Below are positions 47,182 to 56,588 of a DNA stretch of 64,000 nt, piece after piece. A program made the position numbers and the translations under genes. The stretch is from assembly GCA_963761355.1 (NCBI GenBank), contig CAVXHC010000016.1, positions 2,482 to 66,481 of the forward strand. The letters are read 5' to 3'. Position 1 is the stretch's first letter; each line of letters opens with the position of its first letter. The stretch is from an uncultured Solirubrobacteraceae bacterium. GTDB lineage: Bacteria; Actinomycetota; Thermoleophilia; Solirubrobacterales; Solirubrobacteraceae. The notes under the pieces are model-generated. The model saw only the letters and a program-made list of their open reading frames with translations, did no database searches and was not told the origin of the DNA.

Positions 47182-49260
47182 TCAATGTTCGACCGCTGGA
47201 ATGGCGATGGGCGCTTGAATGGCGATGGGCGGAACGGTCTCCGGCCGCTCGCCGATTCGTGCGACGTCGAGGGCGATCAGAGCGAGGTTCGCACCGGCAG
47301 CTGCTCCGATGATCGTGGTGATGACCGCCATGAGCCCGGGTGTTGCGTTGAACCCCAGCAGCGCGCCGACGATGGCGCCCGTCAGCGCGACCCCGAACCC
47401 GATCCTCGTGGCCCTGGGCGACCGGTCGCGATTGACCCAGGCCCAGTAGGTGCCGAGGCCGATCGGCGTGCCGATGGAGAGAACAGCCATGAGCTCGCTG
47501 TCGAGGGGCACTGTCGGCAAAGCCACCAGCACGATTATCAGGCCGAAGCACCATCCGCCGAGGCCGAGCACCAGCAGGTAGACGGAGCGCAGGATCGCGC
47601 TCGCCTTGCGCCCGAAGCCGCCGCGCTTGCGCGCCCGGCGCCACATCAGTAGCAGCGACAGGATCGTGAGGAGTCCGAAGCCGATCAGCGCGCCGGCGAT
47701 GGCCTTGCCGGGCCCGGTCTGTGTGGATTCGGGCGTGAGTTTAACCGCTTGAGGTTTGTACAGCGAGTCGTCGACCTTGCCTGTGTCGAAGTAGGTGTTA
47801 ATCAGGTGCGTGCTCGCCTTGGTCTGTTCGGTCCAGAAGGAGGTTGTGTGGCCGAGGCCGGCGAGGATGACCTGGTGGCCGTTGGGCAGGTAGGGGAGGA
47901 GCTCCTTGGTCGCGTTCTGGGGCGGGGTGGCGAAGTCGAGATTGCCGCCGATCAGGAGCGTCTGCACGTTCGATATCTGGACATGGGTGTATTCGTTGTC
48001 GGTCGGGTTGGCCGGCCATGCGTGCAGGAGGCCTCCGCCGCCGAAGAGGAATTCCGTTCCGGGGTTGCCGATAATCGAGGGGCGGTCGTGTTCGCTTGAC
48101 GAGTAGTAACGCTCGGCAGCTTCGTTGTCAGCCATTCCGACAGCTGCGACGTCGCCCCAGACAAACGCTTCCGGGAAAGCGATCTGGGCGAGGAGCGACT
48201 CGAACCAGAGCCCGCTCGAGTCACCGTGGGCGGCCGAGAGCCAGGCGTCGAGGGTCATCGGTCCGGTGAGCGGCGAGGCATTTTCCGTCGTCTCCATGAG
48301 TCCGAAGAAGCTGGCGATCCGTGCGTTGCCCTTCCTGATCGGAAAGAACAACCAGCGGTTCGGCATGTGCGCGACGGTTTGCTTCAGCGACGCTGCGAGA
48401 TCGCCGGTGCGCTTGTGGCACGTCGCGTCTTGCGCACAGAGGCGGGCGTAGCGTTCGATCTGTTCGTCCGTCGTCTTCGGGTACCAGATGAAGTTGCCGG
48501 GTGGGTTGACGCCGATCATCACCGAACGGTGGATGGCGGTCGGGTAGCGCCAGGAGTAGATCATCGCGGTGCGGGTGCCCGCGCTTTCGCTCAACAGGTC
48601 GATCTGGTGGTAGCCGAGGGCTTTCCGTGCCGCCTCGAGGTCGTCGACCCGTTGGGGGAGTGTGTAGCCGGCGAGATCGACGCCGTTTGCCTGGAGCCGC
48701 TTCGCGCACGAGCGGAGCGCGTTCGAGTAGGCATCGAGGGACTTCTGGCCGAGGAAGTCGGCGGAGTGCTCGAGGGCCGATTCGACCTCCGGGCAGTCGA
48801 GCCGGACGGAGCCGTCGACGCCGCGGTAGCCGACGAGGACGACGTCGTGGTTGGCGGTGAACCGGCTGGCGTCTGCGAACTTCATGTTCGTGACGCCGGG
48901 GCCGCCTTCCAGGCGGAAGATCGGGGCGCCCGGGTGTGCCGAATGCGCACGGATCCGGATGACCGGCAGCGCGATCAGCCGCGAGTGCGGGTCGGCGCGG
49001 TTCTCGGGCACGACGAGCGTTCCGCAGTCGGCGGCGTAGGCGCCCTTTTCGGTGTTGTAGGTACAGTTTTTGACCGTCAGCTGGCCTGCATGCGCGCCGG
49101 CAGGCACCGAGACGGCCGTAGAACTGCCGGCGAAGGCGAGGTAGCCGAGCCCGAGCGTGAGGACGGCGATCAGTGTCAGGCCGGCGATCCGGCCGCGACT
49201 GAAGCGTCTGGTTGTGGGCTCGTGCGCGGTGCTCGTGGTGCTAGCGGTCGTGGTGGTCAT
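47182..49260 (-). CDS. membrane-anchored alpha/beta hydrolase (TAP-like peptidase) with C-terminal TM helices
   Basis: N-terminal TM; LEGGPG, RGVD, SESAGT, DFATP and GLGH; four hydrophobic helices at the end. Confidence 0.88.
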   Translation of the reverse strand: MTTTTASTTSTAHEPTTRRFSRGRIAGLTLIAVLTLGLGYLAFAGSSTAVSVPAGAHAGQLTVKNCTYNTEKGAYAADCGTLVVPENRADPHSRLIALPVIRIRAHSAHPGAPIFRLEGGPGVTNMKFADASRFTANHDVVLVGYRGVDGSVRLDCPEVESALEHSADFLGQKSLDAYSNALRSCAKRLQANGVDLAGYTLPQRVDDLEAARKALGYHQIDLLSESAGTRTAMIYSWRYPTAIHRSVMIGVNPPGNFIWYPKTTDEQIERYARLCAQDATCHKRTGDLAASLKQTVAHMPNRWLFFPIRKGNARIASFFGLMETTENASPLTGPMTLDAWLSAAHGDSSGLWFESLLAQIAFPEAFVWGDVAAVGMADNEAAERYYSSSEHDRPSIIGNPGTEFLFGGGGLLHAWPANPTDNEYTHVQISNVQTLLIGGNLDFATPPQNATKELLPYLPNGHQVILAGLGHTTSFWTEQTKASTHLINTYFDTGKVDDSLYKPQAVKLTPESTQTGPGKAIAGALIGFGLLTILSLLLMWRRARKRGGFGRKASAILRSVYLLVLGLGGWCFGLIIVLVALPTVPLDSELMAVLSIGTPIGLGTYWAWVNRDRSPRATRIGFGVALTGAIVGALLGFNATPGLMAVITTIIGAAAGANLALIALDVARIGERPETVPPIAIQAPIAIPAVEH

Positions 49261-49443
49261 GCTGCATCCTCCTTCGGGCTGGACTTCGGACATGACGACA
49301 AGCTCTCAGTCCAGCGAGGAAGAAACCAGGGTGCTGGCAGGCGTCTGTGACGTCGGGTGGCGGCCCGGAATACGTCGGTTTACCGCCAGCTCGGGGCGGC
49401 CAGCCGTATGGAACCAAGCGCGGCGCTGCGCGACAATCAGGCC

Positions 49444-49800
49444 ATGAGAAAGACTGTCCTGATCGTGGATGATCACCCGAGCTTCCGCGCCAGCGCGAGG
49501 CGCATGCTCGAAGCCAACGGCTACGACGTCCTTGGGGAGCTCGACAACGGTGACGGCGTGGTGGCTGCCGTGGAGAAGCTGAACCCAGAGGTTGTGCTAC
49601 TCGACGTGCACCTACCCGACATCGACGGCTTCGAGGTTACGCGGCGTCTACTCGACGCGAACGGCACTACCCCGCAGATAGTGCTTATCTCGAGCCATGA
49701 CTTCACCGACCTTGACGAGGCGGTAGGCGCCAGTGGCGCGCGCGGGTTCGTCGCCAAGAGCGAGCTGGGCGCGGAGGCGATCTCTTTACTCATCCCCTGA
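49444..49800 (+). CDS. single-domain response regulator
   Basis: VLIVDDH...LLDVHLPD...GFVAKS. Confidence 0.9.
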   Translation: MRKTVLIVDDHPSFRASARRMLEANGYDVLGELDNGDGVVAAVEKLNPEVVLLDVHLPDIDGFEVTRRLLDANGTTPQIVLISSHDFTDLDEAVGASGARGFVAKSELGAEAISLLIP

Positions 49801-49835
49801 CCGCACCGCGACGCACCCTGATCGGTCTCGCCGGC

Positions 49836-51542
49836 TTGGCGTTCCTGATGGGCATCGCCGCGTTCGTGGTCATGCTCAACGGTGAGCACAACGTTCACCG
49901 GGGCGCGTATGCCGGCTTGTTCCTGGCCACCGGCTGGGGGTTCGTGGGAGTCGGGCTATGGGTTTGGAAGCAGCGGTCGGCCGGCAACATAGGTCCGCTC
50001 ATGGTCGCGGTCGGCCTCAGCGCCTTGCTGAAGGGGTTGGCCTTTTCCAACGACAGCGTCGTGTTCGCGATCGCCTCGGTCGGGGAGGTGCTGATCTACG
50101 CGGTGCTCATCCAGCTGCTGCTTTCCTTTCCCTCGGGGAGGCTCGAAACCCGGCTGGATCGTCTCCTGGTCGCCATCGCCTACGTCAACACGACGGTGGT
50201 GCAGCTTGGAGTGTTCCTGTTCACCGACTCAAAGGCGGGCTGCGCCCGCTGTCCCGGTAACCCGCTGCTGATCGCACACTCCGACGCTGCCAAGGTACTC
50301 GAAGCGGCGCAACTGGACACCTCGATCGCGTTGCTGGGTGCCGTGGTCGCGGTCCTCTATCGACGCTGGCGAAGCGGCACCCCAGGGCGAGCGAGGGTGT
50401 TCGCCCCCGTCGTCGCAGTCGGCGGGCTCACGTTTCTGCTGCTGATGGCCGCCCTTGTCGTCGAACAGGCCGGCCTGTCGAGCGACATTTCTGACGCGCA
50501 GACGTTGGCTTTGTTCACGTCCATCGCCTGCCTACCGTTTGCCTTCTTGGTGGGCCTCCTGCGATCCCGGTTCAGCGAAGCCGACGCGATCAGCGAGCTC
50601 TTGGCCCAGCTCGGTGAGGGTGGTGGCCGCGGAGCGTTGCGCAACGCGCTCGCGGACGCGCTCGGAGATTCGACCTTGGAGCTCGCCTATTGGGTACCGG
50701 ACCAGGACGCCTACGTGGACGCCGCCGGTCAGCCGGTTCGGGTCGATCCCGCGCCGGCGGGCAAGGTATCCACCATCATCGAGCACGAGGGCGAACGAAT
50801 CGCTGCGATCGTGCACAGCCCGGGCCTCGCGGAGGAACGCGAACTGGTGCAGACAGCTGGCGCCGCCGCCGGGCTGACGCTCAGAAACGAACGATTGGAC
50901 GCCGAACTACGGGCGAAGGTTGCCGAGCTTCAGGCCTCACGCTCACGCATCGTGCAGGCCGGCTATGAGCAAAGGCGCCGACTCGAGCGGGACCTCCACG
51001 ACGGCGCCCAGCAGCGACTCATGGCCCTCGGCATCGACCTACGAATGGTAAGAGAACGCATCGAGCACGACCCACAAGGGGCGGCGGAGCTCCTCGACGA
51101 ATCACTCCACGAGTTGAGCGAGGCGACCGCGGAGCTGCGCGAGCTCGCACGAGGGATCCACCCGGCCGTGCTCACAAATCGCGGCCTGCACGCAGCACTC
51201 AAAGGCCTCGCCAGCCGCTCCCCGGTTCCTGTGGAACTGCTCCAGACGCCGGCCGACAGGCTCCCGCAGTCGGTCGAGTCGGCGGTCTACTTCGTCGTCG
51301 CCGAGGCCCTTACGAACGCGGCCCGCTACTCGCGCGCGCAAACGGTAACGGTGGGGGTCGTCCGCGACAACGGCCACGTCGACGTCGAGGTGAGGGACGA
51401 CGGCGTCGGGGGCGCCGACGCCGATCAGGGCTCGGGGCTACGAGGGCTTCAAGATCGGGTCGCGGCGCTCGACGGCCGCCTCGAGCTGACGAGTCCGCAG
51501 GGGTTGGGCACCATCCTCAGGGCGACGATCCCGTGCGCGTGA
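49836..51542 (+). CDS. membrane sensor histidine kinase (HisKA_3, NarX/DesK type)
   Basis: RRRLERDLHDGAQQRL; EALTNAARYS; DDGVGG; start may be CTG 49797. Confidence 0.93.
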   Translation: MAFLMGIAAFVVMLNGEHNVHRGAYAGLFLATGWGFVGVGLWVWKQRSAGNIGPLMVAVGLSALLKGLAFSNDSVVFAIASVGEVLIYAVLIQLLLSFPSGRLETRLDRLLVAIAYVNTTVVQLGVFLFTDSKAGCARCPGNPLLIAHSDAAKVLEAAQLDTSIALLGAVVAVLYRRWRSGTPGRARVFAPVVAVGGLTFLLLMAALVVEQAGLSSDISDAQTLALFTSIACLPFAFLVGLLRSRFSEADAISELLAQLGEGGGRGALRNALADALGDSTLELAYWVPDQDAYVDAAGQPVRVDPAPAGKVSTIIEHEGERIAAIVHSPGLAEERELVQTAGAAAGLTLRNERLDAELRAKVAELQASRSRIVQAGYEQRRRLERDLHDGAQQRLMALGIDLRMVRERIEHDPQGAAELLDESLHELSEATAELRELARGIHPAVLTNRGLHAALKGLASRSPVPVELLQTPADRLPQSVESAVYFVVAEALTNAARYSRAQTVTVGVVRDNGHVDVEVRDDGVGGADADQGSGLRGLQDRVAALDGRLELTSPQGLGTILRATIPCA

Positions 51543-52177
51543 TCGTCGCAGAGGATTCCTTGCTGCTGCGGGAAGGCATGGTGCGGCTGCTCGAGGAGGC
51601 GGGGTTCGAGGTAGTCGGTCAGGCCGGGGATGCCGAGGAGCTGCTGCGAAAGGCCAGGGCGCACAAGCCTGACATCGCGATCATCGACATCCGCATGCCG
51701 CCCACCCACACAGACGAGGGGCTGCGTGCGGCGCGGGTGATCCGGGAAGAGATGCCGGACACTGGTGTGCTGGTGCTCTCGCAGTACGTCGAGGAGGCCT
51801 ACGCGCTGGAGCTACTGGGAGACGACGCCGCCGGCGTCGGCTACTTGCTCAAGGACCGCGTCTCGGACCTGGAGCGCTTCGCCGATGCGATCAGAAGAGT
51901 CGCCGAGGGAGGCTCCGCGCTCGATCCCGAGGTCGTCTCAGAGATGCTGGGTCGCAAACGCACAGACGATCCACTGAACGTGCTGACCGTGCGGGAGCGC
52001 GAGGTGCTTGGCCTGATGGCAGAGGGTCGCAGCAATAAGGCAATCGCCGAGATACTCGTGATCACTGAGCGCGCCGTCGAGAGGCACGTCACGAGTATCT
52101 TCGCGAAGCTCAACCTTGCCCCGGCGGCCGAGGACCATCGCCGCGTACGGGCCGTCCTCGTGTTCCTCGGTACGTAA
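51533..52177 (+). CDS. NarL/LuxR-family response regulator
   Basis: IVAEDS...IDIRMP...GYLLKD...LTVREREVL..MAEGRSN. Confidence 0.95.
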   Translation: MRVIVAEDSLLLREGMVRLLEEAGFEVVGQAGDAEELLRKARAHKPDIAIIDIRMPPTHTDEGLRAARVIREEMPDTGVLVLSQYVEEAYALELLGDDAAGVGYLLKDRVSDLERFADAIRRVAEGGSALDPEVVSEMLGRKRTDDPLNVLTVREREVLGLMAEGRSNKAIAEILVITERAVERHVTSIFAKLNLAPAAEDHRRVRAVLVFLGT

Positions 52178-52367
52178 CCCAGTTGCGGCGCGGCAATTCG
52201 TGACGCGTCGCATGACTGGCGTACATGGACCTTAGTGGTCACCACTCCAACCCTCCCAAACCCCTGGAGTCTTTGCTCGAGCCTGCACGCGCGGACGACA
52301 GCTCATGAGTTCTCGGGCGGGCCGGGGGCACACGGGGAGATTTGAGCATGTCGGGCGACGCCGCCGT

Positions 52368-52492
52368 CGCTGCTGCTTTGCGAGACATCCAAGCGTCCCC
52401 GCTGCGACCGGGCTCACGCTCGCTTGGGACGACGAGCACTCATTCGTGCTCCGACACGCGAGACGCTCGCTTCGCCCCGTCCTGGATACTTC
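52368..52492. repeat. array of repeat sites ending at the SnoaL promoter
   Basis: gctgctgctttgcg; cgctcgcttgggacgacgagcactc; cgagacgctcgcttcgc; gtcctgGATACT. Confidence 0.75.
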
Positions 52493-52498
52493 GCCGCA

Positions 52499-52917
52499 TG
52501 ATGTCCGAGGAGTCCAGGACCCCCGATCCGGTTGAGCTTGTGGGCAGGGCGTTTGAGGCTGCGAATCGCGGCGATCTCGACGCGGTGGCCAGCAGCTTCG
52601 CCGAAGATGCGACCTTCGACGGGAGGGGCGTTGGGGGACCCTTCGAGGGACGGGCGGCCATTCGCAGCATGCTTGAGGAGTGGTTTGCCACGTACGAGGA
52701 GTTGGAGTTCGGGCTTGAGGAAGTCCGCGACCTCGGCAATGGCGTTGTGTTCTCCGTGGTCGTTCAGAACGGTCGTCCGGCTGGCAGCGCCGGTCACCTT
52801 CGGCAACGCGAGGGATGGGTCGTCGTCTGCGTACGGGGCTTGATCGCACGCCTTACGACCTCCGAGGTGGATGACGCCCGTGCTGCCGGCGAACGCCTCG
52901 CGCAGGAACGGGGGTAG
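52499..52917 (+). CDS. SnoaL-like NTF2 protein, type A
   Basis: MMSEESRTPDPVEL...AGERLAQERG. Confidence 0.88.
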
Positions 52918-52920
52918 GCG

Positions 52921-53439
52921 ATGCCGCAGGAGAACGCGAGATTGGTTCAGCGCGCGATCGGGGCGATCAACGCGAGGGACATCGAGGGCTATCTCGCCTG
53001 CTGCACCGAGAACGTCAAGTTGGAGACGCCATTAGCCGCCGTTGGAGGGGTGTACGGAGGAATCGACGGCATCAGGCGTTTCTTTACGGACATCGAGGAA
53101 GCCGCACCCGATTTCCGGATCGAGCTTGACGGCGTCGAGGAGGTCGATAGCAAGCGCGTGATCGCGTTCATGCGCACTGGCTCCACGGGCCGCGCCAGCG
53201 GCATTCGCATGGCAGCGCCTACCCAGACCAACGTGTACGACCTGATCGACGGCAAGATCAGTCACGTTCGCATCTTCTTCGACCGTCAGGAGGCCCTCAA
53301 CGCCGCGGGCCTGGAGGAGCAACGGCTTGGAGTATCGATCAGTCGAGGTCGAAGGCGGCCCGGACGGCATTGGCGAGGGCTGTCTCTTGAGGGTCGAGCA
53401 GGATGCCGATCTGTGCTCCCAAAGCGCTCGCGGGGATAG
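52921..53439 (+). CDS. SnoaL-like NTF2 protein, type B; usual stop after AAGLEE lost
   Basis: MPQENARLV...DRQEALNAAGLEE, then read-through antisense into mazF. Confidence 0.8.
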   Translation: MPQENARLVQRAIGAINARDIEGYLACCTENVKLETPLAAVGGVYGGIDGIRRFFTDIEEAAPDFRIELDGVEEVDSKRVIAFMRTGSTGRASGIRMAAPTQTNVYDLIDGKISHVRIFFDRQEALNAAGLEEQRLGVSISRGRRRPGRHWRGLSLEGRAGCRSVLPKRSRG

Positions 53440-53638
53440 TGGTGATGTTGTCGCAGCTCACGACGGAGGGTCCATCAAGACCGTTGGTCGCGTCCAGCGC
53501 TACCTCGGTCGAAAGCCCACGGATCGCCGTGGTGATTGGCGCAACGGTGACCGTCGCTAGATGTGGGCGCACGACGTCGCGTGTGAGGATCAGGACTGGG
53601 CGCGCCTTGTCGAGTTGGGCGACGTGGATCGGGCGCAT
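53339..53638 (-). CDS. mazF: MazF/PemK-family toxin
   Basis: AQLDKARPVLILTR...VTVAPIT...SVVSCDNITTI. Confidence 0.93.
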   Translation of the reverse strand: MRPIHVAQLDKARPVLILTRDVVRPHLATVTVAPITTAIRGLSTEVALDATNGLDGPSVVSCDNITTIPASALGAQIGILLDPQETALANAVRAAFDLD

Positions 53639-53871
53639 CAGGGGAGATCGACGGGCAGGCTGATCACGTGCTCGGCGAGTCCGGCGAGCTCAGGATCCTG
53701 ACCGGTGCTCGCAAGGATCGCGGCGTCGCGCTCGGCGACGATGCGCCGCCGTTCGCGCTCCAATGCCCGCGTGAGGACCGCCGCTCTGCTCCGCGCGGCG
53801 CCGGCGTGGACAACCTCGTCAACGAAGTCGACCAACTCATCCGGGAGACGGACTGCAATCTGCGTGCTCAT
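53638..53871 (-). CDS. mazE: ribbon-helix-helix MazE-type antitoxin
   Basis: MSTQIAVRLPDELV...SRAAVL.RAL; TGATG overlap with the toxin; TACCAT 6 nt before the ATG. Confidence 0.9.
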   Translation of the reverse strand: MSTQIAVRLPDELVDFVDEVVHAGAARSRAAVLTRALERERRRIVAERDAAILASTGQDPELAGLAEHVISLPVDLP

Positions 53872-53895
53872 ACCATAATGGTACCAGATTGGTAT
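53870..53895. promoter_or_regulatory. mazEF operator/promoter palindromes
   Basis: ATACCA...TGGTACCA...TGGTAT. Confidence 0.6.
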
Positions 53896-54003
53896 CAAGA
53901 GGCGCGAAGGTCGATGCCGCCCTGACCCCCGACCTGGGGGATCTTTCACGGCGCTCGGTAGGGAGGATCAATCGCGGCGATGTCGCCGCGCGCGGGCTCA
54001 GGC

Positions 54004-54303
54004 TCAGGCAGGTGCGCAGCGAGCGATGGTGATCTCCCAGTAGCCAACCGCGAGATCCACTACCCCAACAACCAGGAAGAAGGCCGTCCATCCGTACGCG
54101 GCGTACGAGAGTATGAATGCGCCAATGCCGGCCGCGACGATGCCACCGGCAACACGCAAGACCCCAAACACGCGGAGGTGGCGGTACTCCCATGGGATGA
54201 TCAGGCGTTGCAAGCCGGATCGAGGGGGAGACGCCCACCACTCGCGCAGATGTCTCGCGCCGCTGTTGCGCTTGGGTGCGTTCATCGGGGGCGTCCCGCT
54301 CAT
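54004..54303 (-). CDS. small membrane protein
   Basis: IIPWEYRHLRVFG followed by two TM helices; ATGA coupling to the upstream ORF. Confidence 0.7.
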   Translation of the reverse strand: MSGTPPMNAPKRNSGARHLREWWASPPRSGLQRLIIPWEYRHLRVFGVLRVAGGIVAAGIGAFILSYAAYGWTAFFLVVGVVDLAVGYWEITIARCAPA

Positions 54304-54467
54304 GCTCGCTTCAGGAACCTCAAACCGAACGCCGCGAACACCAGGACAATCCCGACGTTCACCATCAGGCGCTCCCAGAACCGATGCCTGAAGAACAAGA
54401 TGTCCACGCCGACCACGACGGCTACCAGCGCGAGCACGTAGAGCACGACGCCTGCCTGCTTTCCCAT
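54300..54467 (-). CDS. 55-aa two-TM protein (not in the ORF track)
   Basis: MGKQAGVVLYVLALVAVVVGVDILFFRHRFWERLMVNVGIVLVFAAFGLRFLKRA. Confidence 0.7.
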   Translation of the reverse strand: MGKQAGVVLYVLALVAVVVGVDILFFRHRFWERLMVNVGIVLVFAAFGLRFLKRA

Positions 54468-54509
54468 CGTTCCACCCTACCGCTCGAGGCTTCTCTCGGT
54501 TTCACACAT

Positions 54510-54662
54510 TCAGCGCCGAATGATCCCACGCATGCTAAGCGCGGCAACGAGCAGGAATACAAGGACCGCGTCCGCTCCAACGCCGATCGCTACTAACACG
54601 ACCGCCAGCAACAGCCCCACGAACACCGCGATGCCGAACACGACGAACAGCAGCAGGATCAC
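54510..54662 (-). CDS. 50-aa hydrophobic peptide (not in the ORF track)
   Basis: TACGAT 6 nt before the GTG; almost entirely hydrophobic, ending IIRR. Confidence 0.55.
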   Translation of the reverse strand: MILLLFVVFGIAVFVGLLLAVVLVAIGVGADAVLVFLLVAALSMRGIIRR

Positions 54663-54734
54663 GACTCAATCGTATCCATCCACGGGAGCCTTGCAAAAGG
54701 GCACGGACCAGGCCCAGCTTCTCGGCCGAGATCC

Positions 54735-55127
54735 TTACCCTCGCTCCTCGGTGAGGCGTTCGGCGACTGCAAGGGCCTCGTCGATGTGGGTGTAGGTCGT
54801 GTTGCGCACGATCAAACCGTCGATCCATTCGACGACCGATGCGTAGCGAAGCTGAACGGAACCGTTGCTCCCGACGATATGCGCCTTCTGCAATATCACG
54901 GCAAACGTGAGGCCGTTGCCGAGATCACGAATCTCCTCGGCCTTCCGCTCAATGTCGGAGTATGAGCTGCGCCAGTCCTCGAAGACGCCCATCCCCCAGG
55001 GCGATGCGTCCCAGACAGCGTCGGGAGCATAGAAGCCGAGGGCTGCCTCGATGTCCTCGCCCGCCTCGATGCTTCTGCGTGTCAGCTCGACCAAGTCGGG
55101 GGTCGTGGACGCGGCAGACATCGTCAA
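54735..55127 (-). CDS. SnoaL-like NTF2 protein, type A (probable internal deletion)
   Basis: SAASTTPDLVEL...AERLTEERG; lacks the GRxAIRxx helix seen in paralogs. Confidence 0.8.
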   Translation of the reverse strand: MTMSAASTTPDLVELTRRSIEAGEDIEAALGFYAPDAVWDASPWGMGVFEDWRSSYSDIERKAEEIRDLGNGLTFAVILQKAHIVGSNGSVQLRYASVVEWIDGLIVRNTTYTHIDEALAVAERLTEERG

Positions 55128-55175
55128 GCCAGTATCCCGTAGGCGCGGTTGGGCGGCCAGCTTGAGGATGTTGGT

Positions 55176-55619
55176 CTAATCGACCAGTTCGACCTGCACC
55201 TCGCGTGGGTCGAGTGTCTTGCCGCAGACAGCACAGACGACCTCGGCGTGAGTGTGCTCTCCGCATGGCCCGTGACGCAGCCGCAGTTGCTCTCCACTGG
55301 TCGGCAGGTGGACGTCGGCCCAGTGCAGCGTCGCGAGGATCGTGCCATAGAGATCGCGCCCTGCATCGGTCAGGACGTACTCGTACCAATCGGGGTCTTT
55401 CCGGTAGCACCGTCGCTCGAGCAATCCATCTTCGACCAGCACCTTGAGTCTCGAGGCCAACACGTTGCGGGCAATTCCCAGGTTGCGGACCATCTCGCCA
55501 TACCGGCGCACGCCGTAGAACGCCTCGCGCAGGACGAGGATCCTCCAGCGGTCGCCGAGCATGTCGGCCGCACGCTCGATCCCATCCGGGCGGCGCGGGG
55601 TGTGGTTCCTGGCGGGCAA
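55176..55619 (-). CDS. HxlR-family winged-HTH regulator
   Basis: LGDRWRILVLRE...IARNVLASRLK...YEYVLTDAG. Confidence 0.9.
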   Translation of the reverse strand: MPARNHTPRRPDGIERAADMLGDRWRILVLREAFYGVRRYGEMVRNLGIARNVLASRLKVLVEDGLLERRCYRKDPDWYEYVLTDAGRDLYGTILATLHWADVHLPTSGEQLRLRHGPCGEHTHAEVVCAVCGKTLDPREVQVELVD

Positions 55620-55649
55620 CTGGTTTTCGCTCTCGAATGGATCTGTTGC

Positions 55650-55661
55650 GCAACTAGTTGC
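55650..55661. promoter_or_regulatory. palindromic operator candidate
   Basis: Perfect GCAACTAGTTGC between the divergent HxlR and hydratase genes. Confidence 0.55.
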
Positions 55662-55681
55662 TCGATGGTACTACTAGCGCC

Positions 55682-56536
55682 ATGATCAACGCCAGCAGCA
55701 CCAAAACTGATTTCGAGTTGCTTCGCTATACGGAGGACGGGCCGATCGCGCGGATAACGCTCGATCGCCCCGAGAAGAGAAACGCGCTCTCAATCGCGCT
55801 GAGCGACGAGCTGATCAGGGCGATCGACCGGGTCCAGGCCTCGACGGCTCTCAAGGTGCTCGTGATCCAGGGGGCTGGAGATACGTTCTGCGCCGGCGAC
55901 GACATCACTGAGATGTTCACATGGGGCGACGCCAACGGCGTCATGCGCCGCGCCCGCCTCTATCAGACCATGGCCAACGCGCTCGAGGAGCTTGACAAGG
56001 TCACCGTGGCGGCGGTCGACGGATTCGCTGTCGGCGGCGGACTTGAGATCACGATGACCTGCGACTTCGTCATCGCCACGCAACGCGCTCGCTGGGGGAT
56101 GCCGGAGGTCGACGTCGGCATCACGCCTGGCTGGGGCGGCACGACACGCCTGGCGCGGCTGATCGGCAGGCGCATGACCAAGGAGGTCAACCTCCTCGGC
56201 GCGCTACACCCGGCGGTCCGCGCGGTGCAGCTCGGACTCTGGAATCGAGTCGTTCCCGACGAGCAGTTGGATGCCGAGGTGGATGCGCTGGTCGAGGTCC
56301 TGCTCTCCAAGAACCAGCAGGCAGTGCGCCAGCTGAAGTTCATCATCAACCGCGGAGTCGAGGCGGATCTGTACACGGCACAGGGTTTCGAGGCACTCTC
56401 GGCCGGACTCACCGGAGCAGTCAGCGGCGGCTGGCACGTGCCCGACGCGGACCAAGGCGCCGGCGTGGTCGGCTTCACCGAGAAGGACTCGCTGTGGCAG
56501 ACACGCCGCGCGCTCGCCAGGGACTTTTGGGTTTAG
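55682..56536 (+). CDS. enoyl-CoA hydratase/isomerase family
   Basis: DRPEKRNAL, FCAGDDI, GFAVGGGLE, MPEV..GITPGWGG. Confidence 0.93.
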   Translation: MINASSTKTDFELLRYTEDGPIARITLDRPEKRNALSIALSDELIRAIDRVQASTALKVLVIQGAGDTFCAGDDITEMFTWGDANGVMRRARLYQTMANALEELDKVTVAAVDGFAVGGGLEITMTCDFVIATQRARWGMPEVDVGITPGWGGTTRLARLIGRRMTKEVNLLGALHPAVRAVQLGLWNRVVPDEQLDAEVDALVEVLLSKNQQAVRQLKFIINRGVEADLYTAQGFEALSAGLTGAVSGGWHVPDADQGAGVVGFTEKDSLWQTRRALARDFWV

Positions 56537-56588
56537 GGGCCGATCGCCAGAGCTCTCTCAGCGGATGAGTCAGTCGCTACAGGCCGTC

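Noticed and set aside
26770-52492. CRISPR array interpretation of the periodic palindromes
   Set aside because: There is no invariant repeat, orientation is mixed, the intervening segments recur between loci, and no cas genes are present
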